DNA of 64,000 nt, from contig CM041465.1 in assembly GCA_023213395.1 (NCBI GenBank), positions 43,903,741 to 43,967,740 of the forward strand. Direction: 5' to 3'. The DNA comes from Cycas panzhihuaensis (taxonomy: Eukaryota; Plantae; Cycadophyta). This document shows, piece by piece, positions 50,642 to 63,584 of this stretch. Position 1 is the stretch's first letter, and every line of letters begins with the position of its first letter. A program made the position numbers and the translations under genes. The notes under the pieces were generated by a model, which did not search any database, had not been told where the DNA came from, and saw only the letters and a program-made list of their open reading frames with translations.

Positions 50642-53600
50642 TATATAAAAACTTTAATACATGACCAGGAGTATGACTTTTAAAGAATGAGTAATCTTCA
50701 AATGAAAGTATGCTATAAACTTTCTTCAAATCACAATAATATAAGTAAATGAAACAATGATGCTCTTCTTCTTTAAGTAAACCAAAGAATATAAGCTAGT
50801 ATGCAAACTAGTTCTTTCAACTTGATATATTTGTAGAAAGAAATAAGAAACTGTATGCTTCTTTAATGCTTTGAAATGCAAACTAAACTTTGTATATTTC
50901 AATGAATTTTGAGGCAAATAAACACTAGTATTTTGCAACTAACTTTGTAGCTTTTGAATGAAATAAGGAACTAAATCCTTTAATAAAGAATAAGATGACT
51001 TCTTTGTCAAAGTATGCAAGACAATGAGAATGTCTAATTATTCCTTTGAAGAGCAAAATAGCTATATAAAAACTTAAAATTTTTAAGGAGAACCTTTGCT
51101 CAAAGTCATAAAAATACTAGAAAGTTGTATGTATTCAATGAATAATATAATAAATAAATCTATTTAATACAGATTATACCCATTTATTAAATTTGCACCA
51201 CTTAGGTTGCTGAAAGCTCAAAGTGCTAAAAAGGAGAACTCTTGGCTATAAAACAGCTTTAAAATGTATAAAAAGACCAATAGTAACTTTAAAAATTATT
51301 TAGTAATAAACAACAATGCAAGTATAATCCTTTGAAATAATAAAATGCTTAAAAAGTTATAAAAAATAGGTTAGTCTAGGATGAACAAGAAGCTCAAGTT
51401 GACCAGCTTTAAAAGCCTATAAACTAATGTCAAAATGTAATAAAACTAATTTTAGTATATAGTACATTGAATTATCTTTCTAACGAATTTGACAGTTTGA
51501 AAAATGGAGCTCATATGACAAAGTTATTACAAAAACTGTAAGTAGGCCTCTTTATGGCTAGTAAAATAATAACTAAAAGAAAGAGTCACTTTGACTAATT
51601 AAAACTTAGTAAAAACAATCTCAAATTTGAAAAATAATTATTCTAAACTGTAGCGCTCTGAAATATAGTCTTAATAGGACTAGTTTCACCAAAATCTAGT
51701 AAGTCAATCATCGAGTTACACTATTAAATGTGACAATGTCTCTTATGATAAATTTATAAAGAAAACTTTAACAAATCAAATTAGCCATTTTTAATAATTT
51801 AGGTGCACAGCAATATAGGGATGATTTAAACCAAAAACTAGATATTAGTGAGGGCAATAGACCTCAAACAACTAGAAAATATCCCTCAATCGACGAAGGC
51901 ACCCAAAATGAAAAAAGACTCTTGAAAAATGAAGAATTTAGCCTCTTAAAAGAGCTTAATAAAATGTCATATGCAGAACTAAACGAGGGCTAATAACCAA
52001 GGGGGATAAGACTTTTTTTTAAATAGATTTCAAAAGTTATAAATGGTAATTAAATTTTATTTAAACTTTATAAACTTAGGTTAATAAAGCAAATAGATTT
52101 TATATAAAAAATCAATATGAAAAAATTTAAATTTTTAACGCACGGAGGTTGTGCGACCTATGTGATGATGTAGAGGGTGATTCTGAGCAAAAACGAGGTT
52201 TACAATTGATCAGAGAGGTATAGACAGGGGTTTTGAGGTGCTACGAACTCAATTTTGAAGTCGAAATGAGCAAAAATGAATAAAAAAATGTTGATTTTTG
52301 GCTTGTTTAAGAAGGCATTTAATAATGAATAATGAATGAAAAAATTTGAGAATAGAGAGTGGATCTGGCCAAAATAATTACTAAGAGCCATCCAAAACTT
52401 TCTAATTTGCTTAATGAATAGGGGAGCCTAGCTTCATGGGCCCAAAACGTAAAAAAAAGTTGAAAATTATTTGTTTTAAATGAAAAACAAAGGAGAAAAT
52501 GAAGAAAAACCCAGATAAAGAAGTTTTGACAACTCAAACTCTTTGCTGAAAGCACGGATCTTCACGAAACTTGAAAGGTAGATAGATCTATCTAATGGAT
52601 CAAATCCGATAAAATTTCATGAGCAATGGTTGCCTTCAAAGTTAGAACGAGCCTTCAGACCAAAAATGACTGAAAATAGATATGTGTTTACTCTAGGAAT
52701 GATATCTCATAGCATAATCAACAAAACAAAGTGAATTTTTTTCCAATAGTTACATAACTCGACTGCGAGCAGAATAAGCAATCATATGCTATGGTTCTGA
52801 GTAGCATAGAAGAATTATGAGTTGGTTCTAAAATGACAAATAATGGTTAAAAAAATAATGAATGAGAACCAACGTAATAAAAACAGAATAAAATGGCTAA
52901 TAGAGTGAATTTATATAGCTAAAAATTGATTAAACCGATGTGTATTTAACCACTAAAAGTTTATTTGATAATGGAATCTTTGACCAATTGAAAAAATTTG
53001 AAAAATATTTATACAAATAAATAAAAACAAGATCATACTAGGGTTTATTAGTGAGTCCACGTAAGGGTGATTTCACGCAGCTTGTACTCCTTAGACGAGC
53101 AACAGATCCTGGCAAAAGTTAAGAGACCTCTAGATCTCCTCGATAACTAGCTCCCTATAATTTTTCATGAAGATCTAATACTTATACGCTGAAAATGGAG
53201 TTGATGAGGGTTGCACATACATGAGGAGGTCGTACGACCTAAAAGGTGAGTCAAAATGACCTTGAGACAGCTTTATGTAGACCCTAAGAGGCTGACACCT
53301 GAGTTCAATAAGTGAAACAATGATTAAAATGAGAAAAAATAAGCAAATGAGAGAGAGGCAGTGGGGTTTCACTACAAAAATTGAACCACTCAACTTCTAG
53401 GTGAGATATCTCCGCATATGAGTGACAGTTTTCAGGTCTGTCAAATGCGTTGCGAAGTTGGTTCAATGAGGATTCAAACGAGTAGTCATGTGCTACAGTT
53501 CCAAGTAATGCAGAAGCTGCACCAACCTGTTGAGATCACCCAACCTTACCCAACCCTTGATAAAATGACGTAAAATAATAGAAAGCTTGATATTTCATCA

Positions 53601-54019
53601 ATTAAATTCAGAAACCAACTGTACCAAATTATTACTAGGCTAAGTGCACTCAAATTTACAGTAAATGCTTGAAAAAAATGTGAGTAATAAGCTTGTATAT
53701 ATGAAAAATTAATTATTTATCAAAAAATATATAAGAAAAACTATTTAAAACTATAGTATGAATTGAAAAATTATTGAATAAACTTGCCATGGCCAATGTT
53801 GGAGCCAAGATCTAGCTCTAATACCAAATGTTAGAAAAATAATACAAGGGGTGTAGAGTGGAGCAGGTATTCACATGTCAATCTATCATGAGAAAACATA
53901 AGAAAAGTATAGATTATTCAATCCATCTTGTGAGAGTACATCAAAAGTCTAAATATTGGTGGTTTCTAAAGACATCAGGGTCAGTCACCCTGGAAAATAT
54001 ATAGTTTGAGGGAGGAGGG

Positions 54020-57000
54020 TGTTAGAAAACGTAAATGAAGCAAACAAGGTCGATAGGATCTTTCACATGAGGCATATTACAAGCGAAAACAGATACACGG
54101 AACACCATATTGCTGTGGGAAACCCTTACGGGTGAAAACCCACAAATGAATAATAATTACATTATGACAAAAGGATGATACATCAAAGATGGACTTTGAT
54201 CTATATTTATAGATCTAAAGTGCCAAATATAAGTATAAATACACCCATTAGGTCACCATAATTGAGACTATTCTACCACATACTTAGGAATAAAAATAGG
54301 AGGCCCACTTTACATTAGGTGGTATGATCATATATTTTAACATCCCCTTTTAATGTAAATATGGGGCAACAAGGATTATCATTAGGAATAAATCCCCTCT
54401 CAAGGATAACCTTACTTAACCCAATATGCACGAACGTCGATGTAGCGATCTTCACTCGGATGTAATGGTGCCATGCCTCGTATGTGCTCAATTCTTTGGA
54501 AATGCTTCAATACACCTGCAACCATACAACTCTCTTTGCACCTGACACTCTGTCCATTCAACTCAACCAAATTCCTCTAACTAAAGTAAGAGGTCGAGCC
54601 ACTTAAGCCATGTGAATCACCTCTTCAAGTCTTCATTAAGGAACACTGATATGATATGATATGATACCCAACTATTTAAAGCTGTTGAAGTAAGGATCAA
54701 ATGGACCAATGAACATAGAGATTAGTGTAAATGTCTCATCATATCTTATTCCTTCTTCCTGCTAAACATCCTGTGCAACAAGCTTACCAACTTACAAATC
54801 AACAAAGTTCTTTGCTTCAATACAACTCTTCATTATGAATCTGTACTCACTAGAACGCTGGTATCTATCTCAAGTTTTGACTGGCATGTTGATCTATGAT
54901 CTTCCATCATCCTACATGTCTTCAACTATCAATAGAACATGGGGTTGCAATCCATGTCACATCATCTAACAACTCCTCATCATCAATCTATCACTAAGTC
55001 ATGTTTTCATCTCAAGCACAATGTTAGGGAAACAAACCTCCACACATGTTGAATAATGACTTGAAAAAGTGAAGCAATGAAGGATAAAACCTATAACCAA
55101 ATGACACTCATCATGATACGTCAATAACTCTATAACATCTAGACTGATCACATGTATTTCCCCTACAGATCACACTGTTTATAAGCTAAACAACCCATAG
55201 GCTTCAAACACTTGCAATCATGCTGCTGCAATCTTCATCTAAGATGTGTGCACTTCAATGCACTAAAGGAAATGAATGGAAGGCCTTTGACTTAGTCCAA
55301 ACATAAAACATGAGGGGAAATTATGCCACAAATAGTCACAACAAGGGACCCCATACCTGTTTGCTACAACTTATGCCAACAAACCATGGGAGACAAACCA
55401 TAACATGCACCAACCTCACCATCTGCATCATGATACACACCTGCAATGCAACCTGACAAGCTAACTATACATACCATGACAAAGGAATAATTGATTTTAA
55501 GGCTTCTCGTCTTAGACCTTTCCATTCACACTTCAATTTCATTAAGCACTTTACTTCAGTTCCATATCAGACTTGTTTAAATATGCACCCATGTTGAAAC
55601 AACATCAAACAAGGCCACAAACCTCATGCTATCGTCAGTCTAACTATCAAAGTATAATGGTCCATCACCCATTCATACAAGAAAATTCTAAACATCATCA
55701 CCTCATACACATCTAATGCAACTAAACTCGAATTTAAACTATTAATAAATCACATAAATTTCACTAAATAATCACATAAATCATGAATTTTGTTAGCTTC
55801 GTGCAATGATCTATACCACACTCAAAACAGTAATAGAGTTTGTATTAAGTTGTTAAAAAGGTATCTCAAATATGCTTTTCTTCTTCTTCCAAACATACCC
55901 ATTATCGCCCTTCTCTTGCCCAATCTCGCCCATCACACTCTTAACCTGCCCATCAAACTCGCCTAATTTTGCCCTTAATCTCACCTTTAAAACACATCCA
56001 AATCTTGCCATGTAACACACATGTAACAAGTACACATAATCGTACCATGTATCGGCACAATATTTCTCTCATGCAATCATATGTAAGAGAACAAAGTAAG
56101 GCCCCAAACTTCATCTCATGTCACCATTGCATTCTCTTCATATCACCTTCATACCATAACATTGCCTCTTTGCATCTAACCCATTCTCTCATATAAAACA
56201 CATGCAAGAGAGGTAAGATTTATTGCCAACTTCACCTCACAAGCAAACTTTGTGTCACCCATGTCATTGCCATAACAATTCTCTTATGCACTTGCATTCA
56301 GAGAACATCACATCTTAACACCTTATTACACCATTTAATCAAACCACTTTAGAAATACATGGCAAAGTGACCTCATGAGTTAACCATAACAATAAATGAT
56401 TAAACCATGGTGTAATATCAAATCACATTAAAGGTTGATTTAAATTGGCATTGGATGACTTTGCAAAAAATGACTTTATAAATCAAATGACAAAAAACAC
56501 TATCAAATATCAAAGGCGACTATATTTTGACGAATACAAATCAAATAAAGTCACAACAAACTATGTTAAAGAACCGACAACTGTAATTATCAATCGGCCG
56601 CAACTAAGATATGTCTTCGAATTGATTTCATATCACGTAGTAGTGATATGCAAGCGACAAAATATGATCAAATGTCAATGACATTGATAACATAAATGGG
56701 TGACTTAAAATATGTTAAATATGGCAAACACAAATGGATTAATATAATCCATATAGGTGGCGTAACGCAATATATGCAATATGCTGCAAAAATGAACAGG
56801 CGATGGCATGCATTGAATTCACAGACAGGCAATTCTATATCATGGCAACTCAATGTGGATTGCAGCTGCAATATATTTTATCATGCACAGATGTAGAGAT
56901 AACAACTACTAACTGTATTCCTAGACAGTGGCTGCGCATATTAATCACATAATAACGTAATCAATAATAGAGCTGCGCAGATGTAGAGGTGACATAAAAA

Positions 57001-58244
57001 CACCATGGGCGAATAAATTTTAACACAACAGACTCAGATACAAGGGCAATTAGGATTTAAGTGCACTCAGACTATGCGATTAACATATCTCAACGATTGG
57101 GCAAATAATATTAATCTCCAAACATACCATGTTGGGAATATATCAAGGGAAGCTATGCAAATATATCATCATGGAGGCCAATAGAATATATACATGCATA
57201 CACAACTGAAATAATTTCAAATAGGCGAAGGCATATGTAGGCATATGCATACGTAGATGATTAAATCATATGGGTAGTTTCCATATCACTACGTAGAGGA
57301 GAATCTAACATCACATGATGATTCAAGATGCGATAATAATATACCCTTAGTCAGAAAGTAATATATTGATAAATATCAATATATTTATCAAATAGGTGAC
57401 AAACATATATTACTACTAACAAATATTGATGATACCTAGGGCATAATACTGTAGCAAGTTATAACATATATTATTCAAACCCTAAAACATCAAACAAGTA
57501 AATATTTAATGAGTATACCTCTATTTTGTTGACTGTATTATGACTTTACAACATTGTAACAAGCTCTCTAGGGTTTCTGCACTCTCCCACTGGCAACAAG
57601 GGCTGGCAATCAACTCTAGGGCATCCAAACTCAGTAGCATCATCAAACAGGGATCCAACCCCTTCAACAGGTTCAAACAACTCTCACATGGCTGGAAATA
57701 GAGTCAATGCTCATCCACACACCTCCATATGGCTCAGGGTACCTACAAACAACGGATAGAAGGCTCTCGGGATCCTCAATGACCATCTTCACTACTGTGG
57801 CTATTCTACAGGTTATCGGATATGTCAATCTACAAAGGGTAAGCCAACATGACCTGGCATTATCGATTGGACCTCCAACAACATTCACCTACCTGTGCAC
57901 GACCTACAATCTCTGATACCATGTTAGAAAACGTAATTGAAGCAAATAAGGTCGGCAAGATCTTTCACATCAGGTAGATTACAAGTAGAAACAGATACAC
58001 GAGATACCATATTACCATGGGAAACCCTTACGGGTGAAAACCCACAAATAAATAATAATTACATTATGAAAAAATAATGATACATTAAAGATGGACTTTG
58101 ATCTATATTTATAGATCTAAAGTGCCAAATATAAGTACAAATACATCCATTAAGTCACCACAATCGAGACTATTCCACCACATACTTAGGCATAAAAATA
58201 TGATGCCCACTTTACATTTGGTGGTATGGTCACATGTTTTAACA
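54020..58244 (-). mobile_element. Non-autonomous LTR retrotransposon, family A copy 3 (4.2 kb, complete), nested inside an LTR
   Basis: 323-bp LTRs 54020-54342 and 57922-58244 (~11% different by eye); reverse-complement PPT TCCCCTTTTAAT; reverse-complement PBS CTCTGATACCA 57911-57921; TSD GAGGG/GCGGG; colinear with 35557-39642. Confidence 0.96.
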
Positions 58245-58397
58245 GCGGGAAACCTCCTCAACCTCTAAAATTCAAACAACATTAAAATAATATTTAACTC
58301 AAGTTAACATTAACCTTACTTGACTTATCTTAACATGTGTGTGCTCACATATGCAAAAGGTGGGAGTGGGGTGATGGGCTTTAACCCTAACAAGGGA

Positions 58398-58896
58398 GTA
58401 GATGAAACTTTGCATCTCTAAGATCCAGTATTCTGTGATCATTAATAGAATTTCAACGAGGTTTTTCCTAGGATTCAGAGGTTTGAGATAGGGAGACCCT
58501 TTATCTCCCTACCTATTTATAATTTTGGTTGAGCTCCTAGGAAGGGTTACGGAGGAGGTAAGAAGGTTGAGGATAATATAAGGGATAAAGCCCACATCTA
58601 GTATTAATAATACAGTGCATCATTAATTTGTCAATGATAACATCTTCTTAGGTAAGGTAGTCGTAGGGGAAGCTAGCAGACTCAAAGAAGGGCTAGAGAA
58701 GTTTGAGCAAATGACAAACTAAAAGATAAATCTTAATAAAAGCAGTGTATTCTTTATAAATATATCAGAGCGTACTCAGAGGAGGATTAGTAGAATCCTT
58801 GATATGCCTATCTGCATGCTTCCCACTACCTACTTAGGTATGCCCCTATTCGTGAGCAAAATGGCTAAGGACCTGTGGAACCCTATAATTAATAGA
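58398..58896 (+). mobile_element. LINE (L1-like) ORF2 RT, 3' piece
   Basis: In frame with 49602 after removing the insert: EIWRE*MKLCIS..YSVIIN...RGLR*GDPLSPYLFII; PTTYLGMPL. Cut by the LTR at 58897. Confidence 0.93.
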
Positions 58897-59541
58897 TGTT
58901 GAGAATAGTAGGTCCTAACCCTTTAACCGCCACCAAGATCTATTGCATTCTTACAACTAGTTACAAAAATGGAAACTTAAAATTACATGCAAGTTCTAAA
59001 ATCAGAGATTATATAATAACATGAAAATGAAAGCCAAACATCACATATGCATCCAATATAACATGGTAGAACCCTAACAGTGTGTTAGGGAAACATCCAT
59101 ATAGGAAAGGTATCGATCTTTATTATTGTAGAAAGGAGAAACAATATATCTCAGTTACAGAGTGCTCTCAGAAACAACAACCAGCTGTCACCCTCTTCAC
59201 AGTACATTACATTACATACAACATAATAAGAAAAAGCCCTAAAACTGGCTACATGAGAGGGACATTTAAGGTATGAATCTCAATCGTAAAATCTAGGGTA
59301 TTTGTATCGAATGACCCTGATTCTCTTTACATTTTAATATGTTTTACATGGCAATTTTTTTAGGTCAGGGGCTATCGTCTCCGAACACCCACCTAGCGGG
59401 GGGTGTTCCATGCCCCCTACACCCCCTGGCCAAAGGGGGCTCTTGCCCCTCTTGGAACCCCCTAAGAAAGATTAGGAAGGAAAACTGCATCAAAAACATG
59501 CTAAAATTTTATCCCCAAAATTGTTGTCACAATATCCAACA
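58897..59541 (-). repeat. 3' LTR of the Tork-like copia
   Basis: TGTTGAG...TCCAACA; direct repeat of 63585-64000. Confidence 0.95.
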
Positions 59542-59588
59542 ATCTCTACCTCGACAACAATTACCCGGTACCTTTCCTCGACCCTTCA

Positions 59589-62500
59589 TCATCTTTTCTG
59601 CAAGCCTAGAGAAGTCAAACACCATTTGAACTTCTCTAATGGTATTGGTTTTGTGAATATATCAGCACAATTCTGATTGGTGTGAATCTTCTCAAGTGCC
59701 ACTCCACCTATTTCCACAACCTGTCTAACAAAATGGTACTTAAGAGCAATATGCTTTGTTCTACTATGATAAGTTGGATTCTTGGCTAAGTAAATGGGAC
59801 TTTGACTGTCACAAAATACCTTTACATTGTCTTATCTCCTTCTAAGATCAACCAATAGACCTTGTAACAAGATTACTTCTTTACAAGTATGTGCTGCAAT
59901 AACATATTCAACTTTCGTGGTTGAAAGTGCAATTGTGCTCTGCAATTTGGACATCCAACTAACTCGACCATTTGTAAGAGTAAAAGCATAACCTGAAGTA
60001 GACCTTCGTTTGTCTAAATCTCCTACAAAGTCTAAATCGACATATCCACAAACCTGATTACCTGTACCTCTAAAGGTGATGCAATAGTCACTTGTACCTC
60101 TCAAATACTGAAACATCCATTTCACTACAGCCCAATGTTCCTTTCCTGGATTTGCCATAAACCTGCTAACTACACCGACTGCATGCGAAATATCAGGTCT
60201 TGTACATACCATGGCATACATCAAATTTCCTACTGCACTAGCAAAAGGAACATGAGACATATAATCCTTTTCTTCTCCACTACTATGACTCATATTTGAA
60301 GAAAGCTTGAAGTGGTAAGCCAATGGGATACTCACTGGTTTCACATTTGCTATACCAAACCTGGTTAGCACCTTCTCCATATATTTCTGCTGTGATAACC
60401 ATAGCTTATCATTTTTCCTGTCTCTGTATATCTCCATGCCTAAGATTTGTCTTGCAGCTCCTAGATCCTTCATATCAAATGTCCTAGCCAATTGAGCCTC
60501 TAGTTTATTGATTTCTTCCATGCTCTCGCTTGCAACCAGCATGTCATCAACATATAATACCAAGATAATGAATAAGCCATTGTCCATAAATTTAAAGTAA
60601 ACATAATAATCATACTCACTTCTTTTGAAATTTGGCCTCTCCATGAAGGTATCAAACTTCTTGTACCACTGCCTGGTGATTGCTTCAGGTCATACAATGA
60701 TTTCTTGAGCCTACAAATAAGTATTTTCCTGCCATCTTATACAAACCCTTCTGGTTGATCCATGTAGATCTCCTCATCTAAATCTCTATGTAGAAAAGTT
60801 ATTTTTACATCTAACTGCTCCAACTCCAAACAAGAGAAGCTACTAATGCTAACAGCACTCGAATTGAAACAAGTTTGACAACTAGTGAAAAGATCTCATG
60901 AAAGTTAATACATGCTTTTTGTGTAAAACCTTTTGCCACTAGTCTTGCCCTGCATTTATCAACCTTTCCATCAACATCTGTTTTCTTTTTAAAAACCCAC
61001 CTACAACCAACAGTCTTCTTGCCATGTGGAAGTTCTACCAAGTCCCATGAATTATTGTTCTTCAAAGCATCTATCTCTTCCTGCATAGCCCTTATCCACT
61101 TCTCACTATGGATATCATCTACTGCTTCTTAATAACATGTAGGCTCACCATCATTAGAAACCAAAGCAATAGAAATAGAAGGGTTGTACCTGTCAGGTGG
61201 ATGACTAACTCGTGTAGATCTTCTAACTGTTGGCAAAGGAGTGTCTACATACTCCTGTGAATCTACTGTTGATTCATCTTCAGAAAGATCTTCATGCTCT
61301 TCTGATTCCACATTTGGTTGCATTTTAAACTTGACTTGTTGATATTCAACTTACTGCTCTTGTTTCATTTCAACTTCTCCACTGTCTGATTTTACAAGGG
61401 GAGATTCATCAAATACCATATCTTTGTTAATGGTAATTTTGTGGGCAGTAGGATCCCACAACTTGTATCCCTTCACACCATCCTTATCAGCATAATCAAC
61501 AAAGATATATCTCTTAGATTTTGGGTCTAACTTTGAACGTTTACTTTTGTCAGTCCAGGCATAAGCATCATAACCAAAAACTTTTAATTTTGAATAATCA
61601 CATGGATGTCCAGTCCATACCTCTTTAGGAATCTTATAATCTATTGTAAGTGATGGTGACCTGTTTACCATATAGCAAGTTGTTTGAACAGCTTTTGCCC
61701 ACAAGCTCTGCTCCACCCCTGCATTACTTAGCATGCTTCTTGCTCTTTTTAAGAGTGTCCTATTCATGCGCTCTGCAATGCCATTTTGCTGTGGAGTATA
61801 GCTATTGGTCTTGTGTCTTTCGATCATAACTTCTCTGCAATAGTTCTCAAACTCCAAGGAGTTGAACTCACCTCCATTGTCAGTTCTTAAACATTTAATT
61901 TTCTTACCAGTACTGTTCTGAACTAGAGCCTTGAACTGCTTGAACACACTAAAAACTTTAGATTTGCTTTTCAAAAAATAGACCCATACCTTCCTGGAGT
62001 AATCATCTATAAATGTGACATAATACAATGATCCTCCACAAGATATTTTAGGGGCTGGTCCCGATACATCTGAATGTATATAATCTAGAACACCTTTACT
62101 AGTGTGACTCCCTACTTTAAACTTGAGTCTACACTGCTTTCCAAAAATATAATGTTTATAGAAAGCCAAATCTAAAAGTTGTAAGTTAGGAAGCAACTTA
62201 CGATTTATCATCACCTTAAGTCCTTTCTCACTCATGTGCCCAAGTATCTGATGCCATAACTGAGTTGGATGTTGTACAGTCTTTGATGCTGTAGCTGCTT
62301 GGCTGACATTTGTACTTCCCACTAAAATGTAAAGATTTCCTTTCTTTAAGGCTTTCATAACAACCAAGGTGCTCTTTGAGACCTTTAGGACTCCTTCATG
62401 ACTTGTATGCTTAAAACCACCTGAATCTAATTCACCTAAGGAAATCATATTCCTTTTCAAATCAGGTACATTACTAACCTCAGTTAATGTTCTGACTACC

Positions 62501-63513
62501 CCATCGAACATCTTAATTCTGATGCTACCAATGCCCGCTATCTTACAAGAAACTTAATTTCCCATAAGCACATCACCACCATTAAGAGGTTGGTATGATG
62601 AGAACCAACTCTTGTATAGACACATGTGGTGCGAAGCACTTGAATTTAATAACCAGTCATGGTGATAATGAAAAACATTATAAGCGACCAAGATATCATC
62701 ATCCATACCTTGATTTGACTCCACCTGATTCACCTCCTTGGCAGGATCTTCCTTTTTTTGGAACTTCTTTATTTTGTAACAATCCTTCTTGAGGTGACCG
62801 GTCTTATTACAATGCCAACACCTGAGCTTACTCTTTTTGCTCTTTGACTTAGACCTCGATGTATCCCTGGAGTTTTGTCCTCTCTCAAACGTTCTACCCC
62901 TTACTGTCATGGCTTCTGGTGTGGAGGTTTCAAAGCCAGATTTCCTCCACGCTTCTTCCATTAGCAAACCACTCATAACAGAATCATAATCTAATATATC
63001 TGTAGTGCTAAAACTAATTGAGGTGACAATATTATCCCAGGATTTAGGTAATGAGCATAACAAGGTAACAACCTTGTCCTCATCCTCAATTTTAACATTG
63101 ATACTAGTCAACTGACAAATAAGAGTATTGAAAATATTTAAATGGTCAGCAATTTTTGTACCTTGCTTCATCCGTAACGAGTATAGCTGCCTCTTAAGGT
63201 AGATTCGATTCGTTACTGATTTGGTCATATATAGGCCTTCCAACCGGGTCCATAATCCTGCTGTTGTCTCCTCCCCTACGATGTTAAACAAGACTTTATT
63301 TGCCAAGCACAATCATATTGTGCTAAGTGCCTTTTTGTCTAAGTTATCCCATTCATCATCGTCCATCCCTATGGGTTTCTTTGATTTACCTACAAGGGCT
63401 TTATACAAACCCTTCTGTACAAGAACATCATGTACTTTTAGCTTCCACAACTTGAAGTTGTTCTTGCCATTGAATTTCTCCACCTTGAACTTTGCATCTA
63501 CTAGTTTCACCAT
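59589..63513 (-). pseudogene. copia gag-pol polyprotein (few stops and frameshifts)
   Basis: KFKVEKFNGKNNFKLW; CWHCNKTGHLKKDC zinc knuckle; LRTDNGGEF; PQQNGIAERMNRTL; LYVDDML; DLDKRRSTSGY; ADIFTK. Confidence 0.97.
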
Positions 63514-63584
63514 TTGCTGTAGAAAAGCCAACACCAAAACCTTCACAAATTCGCTGCAAGAAAGAGAGTGGCTCTGATACCACT

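Larger units (their letters stand above)
49603..58392 (-). mobile_element. gag-only non-autonomous copia derivative (TR-GAG-like, ~4.56 kb excluding nested insert), inserted in the LINE
   Basis: 3' LTR 49603-49934; reverse-complement PPT TTCTCCCCCTTAA; reverse-complement PBS GCTCTAATACCA 53815-53826; 5' LTR 53829-54019 + 58250-58392, split by family A copy 3; perfect TSD AGGGA. Confidence 0.95.
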
